Source: Nitrospinales bacterium (GTDB lineage Bacteria; Nitrospinota; Nitrospinia; Nitrospinales; VA-1). From it: a DNA stretch of 64,000 bases. Position numbers and translations under genes: made by a program. Positions within the stretch are counted from its first letter, which is position 1. The number at the start of each line of letters is the position of its first letter. The notes beneath the pieces were generated by a model, which was not told the origin of the DNA, searched no databases, and saw only the letters and a list, made by a program, of their open reading frames with translations. Below, piece after piece: positions 20,938-36,510 of this stretch. The stretch spans positions 1,440,001 through 1,504,000 of the forward strand of contig OZ253496.1 of the NCBI GenBank assembly GCA_965262115.1. Direction: 5' to 3'.

Positions 20938-21540
20938 TTATATTTTGAAAACTCTGTAGGGTTCCCACAAAACCCTCACAGCAGGTGGAATGGGTACCCG
21001 GTTCAACTCAAGAAGCCCTGAGGTGGATTCATCGGATTCAAATAGTTTGGATTTATTGGCGAACAACAGTTTGATCCATTGCAGAATTCCCTGCTTGATC
21101 GTTTCCGGAACGCTGGAGGCATCCCCAAAACCAGCGACAAACTCAATTTCCAACGCATTCATTTCTCGAAGAGAATTGGGCCATGTATGACCCTCGTTCA
21201 AGCCAACACGACCGGGAGTGGATGCAGCATCCACCAGATATTTACTGGCATCAAAAGTGCTGACTATATTGGCGGAATCGTAGGGTTTAATATCGACTAC
21301 AGACTGCAAAGGTGAAAGCGGGATGGAAAACATCGCGCCTTCCGGTGCCGAATCCAGCCACAGGGTCCAGGTTTGAGTGATGAACAAACGCCGGGTCCAG
21401 GTTTCGCCTTTTTGCCGAATAGCGGTCACCAGAGAATTGATCAACGCATCATCGTCGCTATCAGTAATACGCAAATAGTTTTTAGCCTTGGCCAGAGAAA
21501 CCGGCTCCGAAGCAGGCGGAACATTTATTATTAAAGCCAT
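20938..21540 (-). CDS. Head-tail connector/adaptor (gp6-like)
   Basis: PASEPVSLAKAKNYLRI..DDALI...TRRLFITQTW...F.AGFG...VPETIKQGIL. Confidence 0.85.
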   Translation of the reverse strand: MALIINVPPASEPVSLAKAKNYLRITDSDDDALINSLVTAIRQKGETWTRRLFITQTWTLWLDSAPEGAMFSIPLSPLQSVVDIKPYDSANIVSTFDASKYLVDAASTPGRVGLNEGHTWPNSLREMNALEIEFVAGFGDASSVPETIKQGILQWIKLLFANKSKLFESDESTSGLLELNRVPIPPAVRVLWEPYRVFKI

Positions 21541-21541
21541 T

Positions 21542-21763
21542 TTATTTTTCTGTTAAGGTTTTCGTCTTTTTCCCAGTGGTTTTATTTTCAGGGGCCTTGC
21601 CCCGGTCTTTCGCGCTTAGTTTGGTAACCTTGCGCGCCCAGCGTTGCTGAATGAAAACACGCGCCAATTCGGCCGGAACATCCACCGTTTCACCACTGAT
21701 ATAAGTGTTGACGGCGATCCCGTCTGGAGAACCTTGCCGGGTTTTGAGCATTTTAATTTTCAT
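21542..21763 (-). CDS. Small phage protein of the type that usually follows the capsid gene
   Basis: MKIKMLKT..GSPDG...Y..GE.VDVP.ELA..FI...WA, Lys-rich tail. Confidence 0.6.
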   Translation of the reverse strand: MKIKMLKTRQGSPDGIAVNTYISGETVDVPAELARVFIQQRWARKVTKLSAKDRGKAPENKTTGKKTKTLTEK

Positions 21764-21800
21764 ATATGGTGTCCAAAAAAACTCCCCTTCCCCTAAAAAA

Positions 21801-22028
21801 GGAGAGCTTTGCATAAGTCGAAAAACCTGAAAAGCGAGATGCTTCGACATACCCCTACGGGGCAAGAATTCAAAGGTCAAATATCACTAGCTCAGCATGA
21901 CAATACTGGGGCATTTTGTCATTCTGAGGAACAAGGTGACGAAGATGTGATATTTGTGATGGCCTCTTCCTTAAACTTCATGCCCGGAACGGGTAGAAGG
22001 GGTAATCTCGGGTTATGCAAAGGTCTCC
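21801..22028. mobile_element. MITE with terminal inverted repeats and a nested micro-repeat insertion (21946-22004)
   Basis: GGAGAGCTTTGCATAA ... TTATGCAAAGGTCTCC; homologous to 59898-60028, which lacks the insert. Confidence 0.8.
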
Positions 22029-22153
22029 CTCGGAGGGGAGAGGAACTTAATAGTTGAGGAGTACATCCACCTACGGAAAAATATAACATGATCTTCCCCT
22101 GAATTGGTGGACACATCGAAAAGTGTGGATAATACACTTTTGGAGGTGTTTTT

Positions 22154-22430
22154 ATGGGAACCAAACGCAGGAGTTTCAGTAAAGAATTCAAGTTAGAAGC
22201 GGTTCGATTGGTTATTGAAGTAGGCGATAGCATTGCCCGGGTGTCCCGGGATCTGGGAATCCGTTCTGCCCTTCTGGGTCGCTGGAAACAGGAGTATGAG
22301 GAGGATCAGGGGAATGCGTTTCCCGGCAAAGGACAGCTTAAGCCGGGAGATGAGTTGCAGCAGTTGCGGCGAGAAAACGCTCGCCTTCGTATGGAGCGGG
22401 ACATATTAAAAAAGGCGGCAGTTATCTTTG
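22154..22430 (+). pseudogene. IS3 orfA; last codons displaced to 23661-23677
   Basis: RRSFSKEFKLEAVRL...ERDILKKAAVIF; removing 22431-23660 restores ...IFAKGSQ*. Confidence 0.85.
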
Positions 22431-22479
22431 TGATGTCCTCTTCATTTGTCTTCATGCCCCGAAGCAACTGTGTTAAATG

Positions 22480-23640
<1,161 letters not shown>

Positions 23641-23673
23641 AACAACATACAAGGGGTACTCGAAGGGTTCCCA

Positions 23674-24537
23674 ATGAGATATCGGTTTATACGGGATCAT
23701 CGAGAAGCATTTCCGGTAAGCCCGATGTGCCGGGTTCTGGAAGTGGGACGAAGTGGGTTCTATGCCTGGCTGAGCCGCCCCGAGAGCCTGAGGAGCCGTG
23801 AGAAGCAGCGATGGGTTGATGAGATCAAAACCGTTTATAAGAAGAGTCGCCAGACTTATGGCAGTCCCAGAATTCATGAGGACTTGAAAGACAAGGGATA
23901 TGCCATTGGCAGGCATCGTATTGCCCGTCTTATGCGCGAGCATGGAATCGTTGCCAAGCACAAAAGAAAGTTTAGGGTGACAACCGATTCCAAACATAAT
24001 CACCCGGTGGCAAAAAACAAACTGCAACGGCGGTTTAATGTTGCTGAGCCCGGTCAATGCTGGGTTTCGGATATCACCTATATCCCGACTCAAGAGGGCT
24101 GGTTATACCTTGCGGTGACGCTGGATTTATTCCACCGTAAAGTTATTGGTTGGGCCATGGATCGTTGGATAACCCGTTGGTTGGTAATGAGAGCTTTAAA
24201 TATGGCAATGAAGAACGGCGGCATGAAACCGGGATTGATTCACCATTCTGACCGGGGGGTTCAATATGCCTGCAACGATTTTCAAGCCTTGCTCAATGTT
24301 CATGGGATAGAGTGCAGTATGAGCCGGAAGGGCGATTGCTGGGATAACGCCGTGGCGGAGAGTTTTTTCCATACTCTCAAAGTGGAACTCATTCATAACC
24401 GGAACTACAAAACCCGTCAGCAAGCAAAGAAGGATATTTTTGAATATATCGAAGTGTTTTATAATCGGCAACGCCGTCACTAATATCTCGGCTATCTCAG
24501 CCCTGCCGAATTCGAGAAACAGGCCTATGCCTCTTAA
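23674..24537 (+). pseudogene. IS3 orfB DDE transposase with premature TAA at 24481-24483
   Basis: [25 protein letters not shown]; frame continues YLGYLSPAEFE after the stop. Confidence 0.85.
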
Positions 24538-24719
24538 CTAACTGTCCACTAAAACAGGGGAAGATCACATATAAAAAAATCTGTTTTGAAAACTTTTGTT
24601 AATGCTGAAGTTGGGGGACTTTGATCTCATTCCTGGTTTTTGAGGTTGCTTTTAGGGCTCTTCTTTTATATATTGAACGCCAATTTCTCTCCACAACTCA
24701 TTATTTGTTTCCAAAAACC

Positions 24720-26066
24720 ATGGAAGTCAAAGAAGCCATTTGGAAAAAATGCTTAGAAAAAATTGAGGAGCAAATACTGCCCGAAAGCTATACCACTTGG
24801 TTTTCGCCCACCTATCCGAGGACCCTTTATGAGGGTTTGATGACCGTCGCGGTTCCAAATCAATTTTATAGAAAGTGCCTCATAGAGAATTACCGGGACC
24901 TGATCGAAAGCACTTTGAAATCTGTCACAGAAAAACCAATTCTGGTAGATTTTTGCATAGAATCTGAGATTATAGCCCAAACGGATCAAGACAAAGAAGT
25001 TGAGGAAGCCCCGGTTATTGAGCCGGTTGAGAGCCTTTGCGTTTCATCCTCTCTCAATCCTAAATACAATTTTTCAAATTTTGTGGTTGGTTCGAGCAAC
25101 CAGTTTGCCCATGCAGCGGCTTTGGCTGTTTCCACCCGCCCCGCCATCGCCTACAACCCCTTATTTTTGTATGGGGCAGTAGGATTGGGCAAAACACACC
25201 TTCTACATGCTATTGGTAATAAAATTTGCGAGAACAGCCCTAGATCTCGGGTCCGTTATATTTCTGCTGAAAGCTTCACCGTTGACCTTATTGAATCCAT
25301 TAAAAAAGACAAAATGCCGCTATTCCGGAAAAGGTATCGTCCTTTGGATGTTTTGCTTGTTGATGACATTCAATTCATTGCCGGCAAGGAAAGGACTCAA
25401 GAGGAGTTTTTTTATACCTTCAATACTCTTTACGAATCACACAAACAACTCGTTATTTCCAGCGACAGGTATCCTAAAGATATTCAGAAGATGGAAGAGC
25501 GGTTACGATCCCGGTTTGAATCCGGGTTGGTGGCTGATATCAATCCTCCCGATCTGGAAACAAAGGTTGCTATTTTGTACAAAAAGGCTGACTTTCACCA
25601 AAAAACTATTCCGCAAGATGTCGCTATTTTCATTGCTGGCAACATAAAATCCAATATTCGTGAGCTAGAAGGTTTTTTACTTAGGGTCATCGCATTTTCC
25701 TCTTTCACGCATCGAAAGCTTGATTTAGAGTTAACTAAAGAAGTGTTGAAAGATTTTACGCTAGATAAAAACAAGCATTTCACCATTAACAATATCCTTA
25801 AAACTGTTGCCGGATACTACGATCTTAAGGTGTCCGATCTTAAATCTAAAAGGCGCACTCGGGATATTTCCATACCCCGTCAAATAGCCATGTTTTTATG
25901 CCGGGAACACACCAAATCCTCGCTTCCTGAAATTGGTCGTCAGTTTGGCGGCAAAGATCACACAACAGTGATTTTCTCCTATAAAAAGATATCTAGTTTA
26001 GTCAAAGAAAACAGAGAGTTAGAAGCTTCCATCCGGGAAATAGTCAAGCTTGTTGAAAAAGGATAA
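24720..26066 (+). CDS. dnaA: Chromosomal replication initiator DnaA
   Basis: YNPLFLYGAVGLGKTHL, DDIQF, RELEG, FGGKDHTTV. Confidence 0.98.
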   Translation: MEVKEAIWKKCLEKIEEQILPESYTTWFSPTYPRTLYEGLMTVAVPNQFYRKCLIENYRDLIESTLKSVTEKPILVDFCIESEIIAQTDQDKEVEEAPVIEPVESLCVSSSLNPKYNFSNFVVGSSNQFAHAAALAVSTRPAIAYNPLFLYGAVGLGKTHLLHAIGNKICENSPRSRVRYISAESFTVDLIESIKKDKMPLFRKRYRPLDVLLVDDIQFIAGKERTQEEFFYTFNTLYESHKQLVISSDRYPKDIQKMEERLRSRFESGLVADINPPDLETKVAILYKKADFHQKTIPQDVAIFIAGNIKSNIRELEGFLLRVIAFSSFTHRKLDLELTKEVLKDFTLDKNKHFTINNILKTVAGYYDLKVSDLKSKRRTRDISIPRQIAMFLCREHTKSSLPEIGRQFGGKDHTTVIFSYKKISSLVKENRELEASIREIVKLVEKG

Positions 26067-28903
<2,837 letters not shown>

Positions 28904-28975
28904 GAAGAACCTCTTATAGATGACATCTTTCTCCTTTTGTCACTTCTGAAATTTTAAGCACAGAAAGGTATTTGA

Positions 28976-31396
28976 ATGCCGGGAACGATCGAACCGATCA
29001 ATATAGACGATGAAATGAAAAACTCGTACCTTGATTACGCAATGAGCGTAATCATTGGACGCGCCCTGCCGGATGTCCGAGACGGGTTGAAGCCTGTCCA
29101 CCGCCGCGCCCTCTATGCGATGCATGAGACCGGTAATGTCTGGAACAAACCCTACAAAAAATCCGCTCGCATCGTTGGCGATGTGATGGGTAAATACCAT
29201 CCGCATGGAGATCAGGCAATTTACGACACAATCGTTCGTTTGGCGCAGGAGTTTTCCCAAAGACACCCGCTTGTCGATGGCCAGGGAAACTTTGGTTCGA
29301 TAGATGGCGATTCAGCCGCCGCCATGCGTTATACAGAAATTCGCATGGAAGAGATCACCGGTGAACTGCTCCGGGATTTGGAAAAAGACACCGTTCAATT
29401 CACCCCCAACTATGATGACTCTCTGAAAGAGCCTTCTGTGTTGCCTGCAAGTTTTCCGCAATTGCTTGTTAACGGCTCGTCAGGAATCGCCGTGGGTATG
29501 GCGACCAATATTCCTCCGCATAACTTGGGAGAAGTTATCGATTCCGCGGTTTACGTTATTGAGAATCCCAATTGTTCGGTGGAAGACCTTATTGGGCTTA
29601 TGCCGGGTCCCGATTTTCCCACTCGGGGAATCATACAGGGAAGAAATGGAATATGGTCCGCTTATAAAACTGGCAGAGGTATCATCCGGGTTCGTGGTCG
29701 TGCTGAGATTGAAACCATGGAGAAGAGTGACCGGGAACGCATCGTCATCAACGAGTTGCCGTTTCAGGTCAACAAGGCCAGGCTGGTGGAGAAGATCGCC
29801 GAACTGGTTAGAGACAAGCGATTGGAAGGAATTTCTGACCTGAGGGATGAGTCGGACCGGGACGGAATCCGCGTCGTGGTGGAATTGAAAAAAGGCACCA
29901 TGGGGCAGGTGGTTTTAAACTCCCTTTACAAAAATACCCAGCTTCAGGACACTTTCGGGGTCATCCTGTTAGCTTTGGTGAATCAGCAACCCAGAGTTCT
30001 CAACCTGAAAGAGTTTTTGCACCATTTCATCCTGTTTCGTAAAGAAGTGGTGACTCGAAGAACCGAGTTTGACTTAAAGAAGGCCCGCGAGAAAGAACAT
30101 ACCCTTGAAGGATTGGCCACCGCGTTGGATAACCTGGATGCAGTGGTTCAGCTTATCCGCAATGCTGAGGATCCGACCGCCGCCCGCGACGGGCTCATGG
30201 CAGAGTTCGGGTTGTCAGAAATCCAGGCCAAAGCCATTCTTGAAATGCGCTTGCAACGTCTCACCGGACTGGAGCGGCAAAAAATAGTTGAAGACTTGGA
30301 AGAAACCCGCAAACAGATCAAAGCATTGCAAAATGTTCTTGCCCATGAGGAAGTCAAGCTTAAGATCATCAAAGAAGAATTGCTGGAAATTAAAAACAAG
30401 TATGGCAATGAGAGGCGGACAGAAATCGCCGATACGGATGATGAGGGCGATATAGACATTGAAGACCTCATTGCCGATGAGGATGCAGTGGTCGTTTATA
30501 CCCGAGGGGGTTATATCAAACGGCAAACCGTTGATAATTACCGGGCGCAAAGAAGAGGCGGTAAGGGCATTCGGGGGATGAATCTCAAAGAAGAAGATGT
30601 TGTCGAAAAACTTTTCATCGCTTCAACACTGAGCCATCTCCTGGTGTTTACCAGCATCGGAAAGATTCACGCATTGCGGGTATTTTCTATTCCGGAAGTG
30701 AGCCGGATTGCCAAAGGAAAATCCATCGCCAATCTTTTGCGTCTCCAGCCGGGAGAGGCCATAGCCAGTATCCTTTCCCTCAGGGAATTTGAAGAAGATA
30801 AATTTGTCATGGTCGCCACAGAACGCGGTATCGTTAAAAAAACATATTTGATGGCATACAGGAAGCCTCGACAGGGCGGCATTATCGGGCTGACGATCAA
30901 CGAAGGGGACCGGGTTATCGGCGCAGAATTGTGTGACGGGAAAAGCGATATTTTACTCGCCACCGAAAGAGGATTTTCTATCCGTTTTAACGAAGAAGAA
31001 GTACGCCCCATCGGCCGCACAGGTAGAGGGGTTCGCGGCATCCGTCTCAAAGACGGAGACCGGGTCGTAGGTGCGGAAATCGTTCAACCCGGCACCAAAC
31101 TCCTCACGGTAACTTCAAACGGTTATGGAAAGCGAACGCCCATAGAAGAGTATCCTCAACAGGGCCGGGGCGGACTGGGTGTTATGACGATCCGCTGTAA
31201 TGAAAAAATAGGAACCGTGGTGGGCGTGCAACAGGTAGATGAGGCAGATCAGCTTCTGGTCATCACCTCCGATGGTAATATTGTTCGCATGCGTGTCAGC
31301 GAAATATCCGTGATAGGCCGAAACACCCAGGGCGTTCGCGTAGTGGGTACCGGCGAAGGCAATCAGGTTGTCAGCATCGAAAAACTGGTCGAATAA
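28976..31396 (+). CDS. gyrA: DNA gyrase subunit A
   Basis: YHPHGD, AAMRYTE, GyrA box QRRGGKG. Confidence 0.98.
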   Translation: MPGTIEPINIDDEMKNSYLDYAMSVIIGRALPDVRDGLKPVHRRALYAMHETGNVWNKPYKKSARIVGDVMGKYHPHGDQAIYDTIVRLAQEFSQRHPLVDGQGNFGSIDGDSAAAMRYTEIRMEEITGELLRDLEKDTVQFTPNYDDSLKEPSVLPASFPQLLVNGSSGIAVGMATNIPPHNLGEVIDSAVYVIENPNCSVEDLIGLMPGPDFPTRGIIQGRNGIWSAYKTGRGIIRVRGRAEIETMEKSDRERIVINELPFQVNKARLVEKIAELVRDKRLEGISDLRDESDRDGIRVVVELKKGTMGQVVLNSLYKNTQLQDTFGVILLALVNQQPRVLNLKEFLHHFILFRKEVVTRRTEFDLKKAREKEHTLEGLATALDNLDAVVQLIRNAEDPTAARDGLMAEFGLSEIQAKAILEMRLQRLTGLERQKIVEDLEETRKQIKALQNVLAHEEVKLKIIKEELLEIKNKYGNERRTEIADTDDEGDIDIEDLIADEDAVVVYTRGGYIKRQTVDNYRAQRRGGKGIRGMNLKEEDVVEKLFIASTLSHLLVFTSIGKIHALRVFSIPEVSRIAKGKSIANLLRLQPGEAIASILSLREFEEDKFVMVATERGIVKKTYLMAYRKPRQGGIIGLTINEGDRVIGAELCDGKSDILLATERGFSIRFNEEEVRPIGRTGRGVRGIRLKDGDRVVGAEIVQPGTKLLTVTSNGYGKRTPIEEYPQQGRGGLGVMTIRCNEKIGTVVGVQQVDEADQLLVITSDGNIVRMRVSEISVIGRNTQGVRVVGTGEGNQVVSIEKLVE

Positions 31397-32246
31397 AATC
31401 CCTCCTATGGATGTGACCTCCCAGACTTATCCTGCTCCAATATGGTCTAACCCGGCGGTTTGGAACAAACTGTGGGCGGGGATTTTTTTTCTGGGGTGGA
31501 TCTTCCTGGTTTCCTGCTCGGAACAGATGGACCCTCTTCTTCAGAAGGCGAATGAAGAATGGATCCAAGGCCGAAACCATAGCGCTATCGAGATGTTCAA
31601 TGAGGTGCTGAAAGAGCATCCCTCCGGCTCACTGGCGGAAGAAGCCCTGTTTCGCCTTGGTGAAATCCACCACTTAAGCTTAAACAGCAGTTCGCGGTCT
31701 CTGGTCTATTTTCAAGAAGTCCGGCAAATGAATCGAGGTGGAGAGTTCAGTTATCCAGCGCAAAAATATATTGCGGAAATCGCCGAATTTGGTTTGAAGG
31801 ATTATGATCAGGCGATCATCGAATACCAGAACTTAATCAATCATTATACCGGTAAAAATGACACCGGCGATCATCAATACCGCATTGCCTCGATTTATTA
31901 TAAAAAACAAAATTACGAGCAGGCTCTGGTAGAACTGGAAGTTTTATTAGAAAACTACCCCAAGAGCTCCTGGGCGGAAGAAACCAAATTTAAAATTATT
32001 GAAATTCTTTATACGTTGAGCCGGTGTCCCGAGGCAAGAGAACACTATCGGCATTTTAATCTGGAATATTCAGAAAGCCGTTTTAAAGAAGACATGGACT
32101 TTATTGTCGCCTCCTGCTTGGAGGAAGAGGGGCATCTGCAAGAAGCTTACAACCGGTTTAAGGTTTTGGAGGGGCATTATATTTACCCTGCCATACTCAA
32201 AATGAAACTGGTGAGCATTGAAAAAAGGATGAAAAAGAAACACTGA
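31368..32246 (+). CDS. TPR (BamD/CpoB-like) lipoprotein; start uncertain
   Basis: LVSC lipobox-like motif and TPR repeats. Confidence 0.7.
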   Translation: MSASKNWSNKIPPMDVTSQTYPAPIWSNPAVWNKLWAGIFFLGWIFLVSCSEQMDPLLQKANEEWIQGRNHSAIEMFNEVLKEHPSGSLAEEALFRLGEIHHLSLNSSSRSLVYFQEVRQMNRGGEFSYPAQKYIAEIAEFGLKDYDQAIIEYQNLINHYTGKNDTGDHQYRIASIYYKKQNYEQALVELEVLLENYPKSSWAEETKFKIIEILYTLSRCPEAREHYRHFNLEYSESRFKEDMDFIVASCLEEEGHLQEAYNRFKVLEGHYIYPAILKMKLVSIEKRMKKKH

Positions 32247-33529
32247 TGCTCGATTTAAAAATTATTCGCGAAAATCCTGATGCAGTGAAAACCCGTCTCA
32301 AACGTCGGGGCGGTGACTTCAAGGAACTGGATGAATTGCTCAAGCCCGAAGAAGACCGACGGTTGGGACTTCAGGAATCGGAATTGCTGAAAAATAAAAA
32401 AAAGAAACTTTCGGCAGAGGTCGGGCAGCTCAAACAAAATGGCCAGGACGCTTCGGAGCTTATGGAAGAGGTCAAAGTCATTAACAGTTCCATAAAAGAA
32501 CTGGACGATAAAATTCAAACCCTGGAACAACAGGTGCAAGAGAAACTGCTTGGCATCCCCAACACTCCTGATGACTCCATTCCTGATGGTGCCGATGAAA
32601 GCGCCAACCGAAAGGTGCGCGATTGGGGAACGAAGCCGGAACTTTCATTCAAACCAAAAAATCATGTGGAAATCGGCGAACAGCTCGGCCTGATCGATTT
32701 AAAAAGAGCCGCAAAAATTTCCGGAGCCCGGTTCGCGGTATACAGAGGACAAGGAGCAGGACTGTTGCGTGGTTTGATCAATTTTATGATCGATGTGCAA
32801 ACCCGGGAAAACGGTTATGAGGAATTGTATCCACCCTTCCTGGTCAATAAGGAGAGCATACAGGGCACCGGGCAATTGCCCAAATTTGAGGAGGAGTTAT
32901 TCGCCACCCGCGACGACCCCTTTTACCTCATCCCCACCGCCGAAGTTCCTGTTACGAACTTTCATCGTGATGAAATTCTGGGAGAGGAGTCGTTGCCCAT
33001 CTGTTATGCCGCTTACACCTCTTGTTTCAGGAGAGAGGCCGGGTCCTATGGCAAAGACACGCAGGGATTGATTAGGCAGCACCAGTTCGACAAAGTAGAG
33101 CTGGTCAAATTTAGCCGACCGGAGGATTCACCCGCAGAGCTTGAGACTTTGGTCGAGAATGCAGAAGCCATCCTTAAAAAACTTGACTTGCATTACCGGG
33201 TGATGGAGTTATGTGCCGGTGACTTGGGTTTCTCTGCAGCTAAAACTTATGATCTGGAAGTGTGGCTTCCCAGTCAGGATACATATCGGGAAATTTCGTC
33301 CTGCAGTAATTTTACTGATTATCAGGCTCGGCGGGCCCGGATCCGCTGTAAAAAACGCACGGGTGGTAAACCGGAGTTTGTCCACACCTTGAACGGTTCA
33401 GGCCTGGCTGCAGGCAGATTGTTTGTGGCCCTGCTGGAAAACTATCAGCAGGAAGACGGAACGGTTGTGGTGCCGGAAGTGTTGCGCCCCTATTTGCACG
33501 GGCAGGAAGTTTTAGCAGGGCATCCATAA
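32246..33529 (+). CDS. serS: Seryl-tRNA synthetase
   Basis: PTAEVP, FRREAG, EISSCSN, TLNGSG. Confidence 0.98.
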   Translation: MLDLKIIRENPDAVKTRLKRRGGDFKELDELLKPEEDRRLGLQESELLKNKKKKLSAEVGQLKQNGQDASELMEEVKVINSSIKELDDKIQTLEQQVQEKLLGIPNTPDDSIPDGADESANRKVRDWGTKPELSFKPKNHVEIGEQLGLIDLKRAAKISGARFAVYRGQGAGLLRGLINFMIDVQTRENGYEELYPPFLVNKESIQGTGQLPKFEEELFATRDDPFYLIPTAEVPVTNFHRDEILGEESLPICYAAYTSCFRREAGSYGKDTQGLIRQHQFDKVELVKFSRPEDSPAELETLVENAEAILKKLDLHYRVMELCAGDLGFSAAKTYDLEVWLPSQDTYREISSCSNFTDYQARRARIRCKKRTGGKPEFVHTLNGSGLAAGRLFVALLENYQQEDGTVVVPEVLRPYLHGQEVLAGHP

Positions 33530-33735
33530 ATCTATAATTTTTATTTTGGCCATTCGCGTAACCTTTATTTAAAGGCTGTGTTCGCGCTGATAGTGGATTT
33601 TTATTACGCCATAAAGCATTGACTTAAAGCAGGAAACCGTCCCTTGACATTTTCCCGCAAGTAGATAAATATAAACGGGCTCACAATATTCAGGAGGGAT
33701 GGCCGAGTGGTTTAAGGCGGCGGTCTTGAAAACCG
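33446..33735 (+). repeat. 290-bp direct repeat, copy 1 (serS 3' end + promoter + 5' half of tRNA-Ser)
   Basis: Matches 35758-36047. Confidence 0.92.
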
Positions 33736-33946
33736 AAATTAACCTAACCTCAGTTCAATCCCCCTTATTTATCAACCCCCCTGTCTTCCTCTGATCTCTC
33801 TATTTTTCTCCTACTGTGCCACGGTATTTGTTTAAAAATTATGCACTGCTATAAAACTCTTTTGTGGAAGCGGCAGGGATTGAAACAAGTGAATGTTGGC
33901 CACTGCAACTAAATCCCACCAATGTTCAAACAAATTATGAAAGAAA

Positions 33947-35023
33947 CTAAGTTTTAATCATTTCATAAAGTTCTACATTGTAATACAAGTGATGCCTTCC
34001 CAACCAAAGATCGCCCATGATTCCAGCTTCTTTGAGTTCGTGCAAATGCTTACTGGCGGTTTGAGGGTGAATTTTCAGGGCCGTGGAAAATTGGGTTGGC
34101 GTTGTAAAAAGAAATGAAAAAACATGACTCACAGTTTCAATCGCATTCATCTTAGAATGATTTTTGCGAATAGTTTCTGTCAACCTTTGATATAAACTCA
34201 TCATTTGAAAAATTTTTGTTTTTGTTTTAATAGCTTCTGACCTGAATCCTTCCAGCACGAATAAAATATATGTTTCCCAATCCCCAGTTTCTGTTACTAG
34301 TTGCAGGGTTTGGTAATATTGAGGACGATTCCTGTTAAAATAAGCGCTGGTATACAAAACTGGAAAATCCAGTAAACCCTCCTGCACTAACTGAAGGACC
34401 AGTAATATTCTTCCCGTCCTTCCGTTTCCATCGCCAAAGGGATGAATTGCCTCAAACTGATAATGGGCGATGGCACACCTGATCAGTGGGTCAATTTTCA
34501 GATTGTCCGACCTGTTGACAAAATGTTCCCAATTTTGTATTAACTCGCCTATCCTTGAAGCTATGGGTGGTGTATATGTAATCTCTCCGGTTTTTTTGTT
34601 TTGTATCCCATTTTGTAGTTTCCTGTAACCAACTTTGGTTTGCATCAGTTTTTCGTGTATTCCCAAAACCAACCTTGTTGATATTGAAAAATCTTTGATA
34701 TGCCGCATTGCCCAATGGATCGCCTCTTGATACCTTAAAGTTTCTCTGTCCGGGCCTTTTTGCTCCGATACCGGGAGAACCTGGCTCTTCAAAACACTTT
34801 CTACAGTCGTATGGATTTCTTCAATACCTGAGCTTTCTACGGATTCCTTAGTCATGGCCACGGACATTAGAACCTTTGCGTCTGGGATACTAGTACAGTA
34901 CCCTTTCAGTTCTCCTATCTCCCGGCTTGCAGAATTAAGTGCCTTTAGTATTGAAGTGGCGTCGAAATCTATCTGGGGTGGCAACAGCTTTAAATTATGT
35001 GGTTGATTGGGATTAAAATTCAT
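33947..35023 (-). CDS. Fic-family protein
   Basis: HPFGDGNGRTGR motif, SSGIEE inhibitory-helix motif, C-terminal HTH. Confidence 0.93.
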   Translation of the reverse strand: MNFNPNQPHNLKLLPPQIDFDATSILKALNSASREIGELKGYCTSIPDAKVLMSVAMTKESVESSGIEEIHTTVESVLKSQVLPVSEQKGPDRETLRYQEAIHWAMRHIKDFSISTRLVLGIHEKLMQTKVGYRKLQNGIQNKKTGEITYTPPIASRIGELIQNWEHFVNRSDNLKIDPLIRCAIAHYQFEAIHPFGDGNGRTGRILLVLQLVQEGLLDFPVLYTSAYFNRNRPQYYQTLQLVTETGDWETYILFVLEGFRSEAIKTKTKIFQMMSLYQRLTETIRKNHSKMNAIETVSHVFSFLFTTPTQFSTALKIHPQTASKHLHELKEAGIMGDLWLGRHHLYYNVELYEMIKT

Positions 35024-35757
35024 TGTTCTGGTAAATGATGTTTTCTTCGAAGTATTCTACCAGAAATATCGAATATTTTTTAATATTTCGACATATTACA
35101 GCGATGTATCGATTTTATTAGAATATTTCAACATATTGGAGGGTAGTATATAGCAGAGGAATAAGATAAATTTCGATGGATTAGCAAAACACATCGAAGT
35201 TAAGTAAAAAATTCGACATAAAGCCACATATCCAAAACCTTTAATTTCAATATATTACCAATAGAAGGGTGAAGCCACAAGATATTGTGTTAAGGATTAA
35301 AGAGCATACAAAATATAGAACTATTTGTGTTTCCTGCTAATTTTCCAGGTTCCCATTAATTAAATAGTTGCGATCAGCTTACAGTCTTTAATGGCCTCCT
35401 TGCCTTCCTCATTCCCAACCAGATAAATATCTGACCTTGCACTTATCCATCCCATTTTAACTTCTTGCCTGACAAAATAATAAATTTGGGGCTGTCCTAG
35501 ATAACATCGAATAGGTGTTATGATGGGTAGTATGAGAAAGAGGAGATTAAGCGCATGGAAGCTCCTTGGAAGGTTTTAGTTGAACCACTATATATCGGCA
35601 GAGGGAAATTATGAAGTGAAATTTTGGAAGGTATTGCTTGGGTATCAGCGTCTATCGCTCCATTTTTGGTCTTTCTCTTTTGAAGTGTGTGTATTGCTTC
35701 TCCTACTGTGCCATTAGTGTGCCATGGCGGTCTTTTGGCGACTTTGAGAGAGAGAAC

Positions 35758-36047
35758 CAGCAGGAAGACGGAACGGTTGTGGTGCCGGAAGTGTTGCGCC
35801 CCTATTTGCACGGGCAGGAAGTTTTAGCAGGGCATCCATAAATCTATAATTTTTATTTTGGCCATTCGCGTAACCTTTATTTAAAGGCTGTGTTCGCGCT
35901 GATAGTGGATTTTTATTACGCCATAAAGCATTGACTTAAAGCAGGAAACCGTCCCTTGACATTTTCCCGCAAGTAGATAAATATAAACGGGCTCACAATA
36001 TTCAGGAGGGATGGCCGAGTGGTTTAAGGCGGCGGTCTTGAAAACCG
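35758..36047 (+). repeat. 290-bp direct repeat, copy 2
   Basis: Matches 33446-33735 and continues into the complete tRNA. Confidence 0.92.
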
Positions 36048-36090
36048 TTGAACGAAAGTTCCGTGGGTTCGAATCCTACTCCCTCCGCCA
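36005..36090 (+). tRNA. tRNA-Ser(TGA)
   Basis: Cloverleaf with long variable arm, anticodon TGA, CCA end. Confidence 0.95.
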
Positions 36091-36218
36091 CTCTCTAGCG
36101 AGAGAGGCAAATAGCAATAGACGATTGAGCTGAAATAAATCGTTGCTTGCCAGACTGGGCGAATGCTCGTTGCCCCTACGGCTAGTAGCCGTAGGGGCAG
36201 ATAAAAACTATATAGATT

Positions 36219-36309
<91 letters not shown>

Positions 36310-36450
36310 CTGCTCGCCGCAGGGGCAGGTTAAGCCGAGAAGAAGTTTTTAGCTAATTTATAAACTTATAGCTAGTGGGCCCCACGCCGAGTGGTTGTTC
36401 GCCAGATCGAGCAATTGCTTATTTTCTGTGGAGGAACTTCACTCGCCGCA
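36310..36450 (+). repeat. ~130-bp tRNA-associated repeat
   Basis: Near-identical copies at 40319-40450 and 40451-40560; partial copy at ~43425-43485. Confidence 0.85.
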
Positions 36451-36510
36451 CCCCTTCGGGGCATGAAGGCTGATGAGGGGTCATAACATGGGGCCCAAAA
36501 GGTAAGAACT

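Noticed and set aside
33693..33735. Second complete tRNA-Ser(TGA)
   Set aside because: Only the 5' half up to the anticodon arm is present.
35040..35230. Iterated TCGA(A/C)ATATT-like motifs upstream of fic as iterons or an array
   Set aside because: Too degenerate and irregularly spaced to support a call; may be operator-like or low-complexity sequence.
35638..35841. Independent 67-aa gene
   Set aside because: Its C-terminus is just the duplicated serS tail inside the direct repeat.
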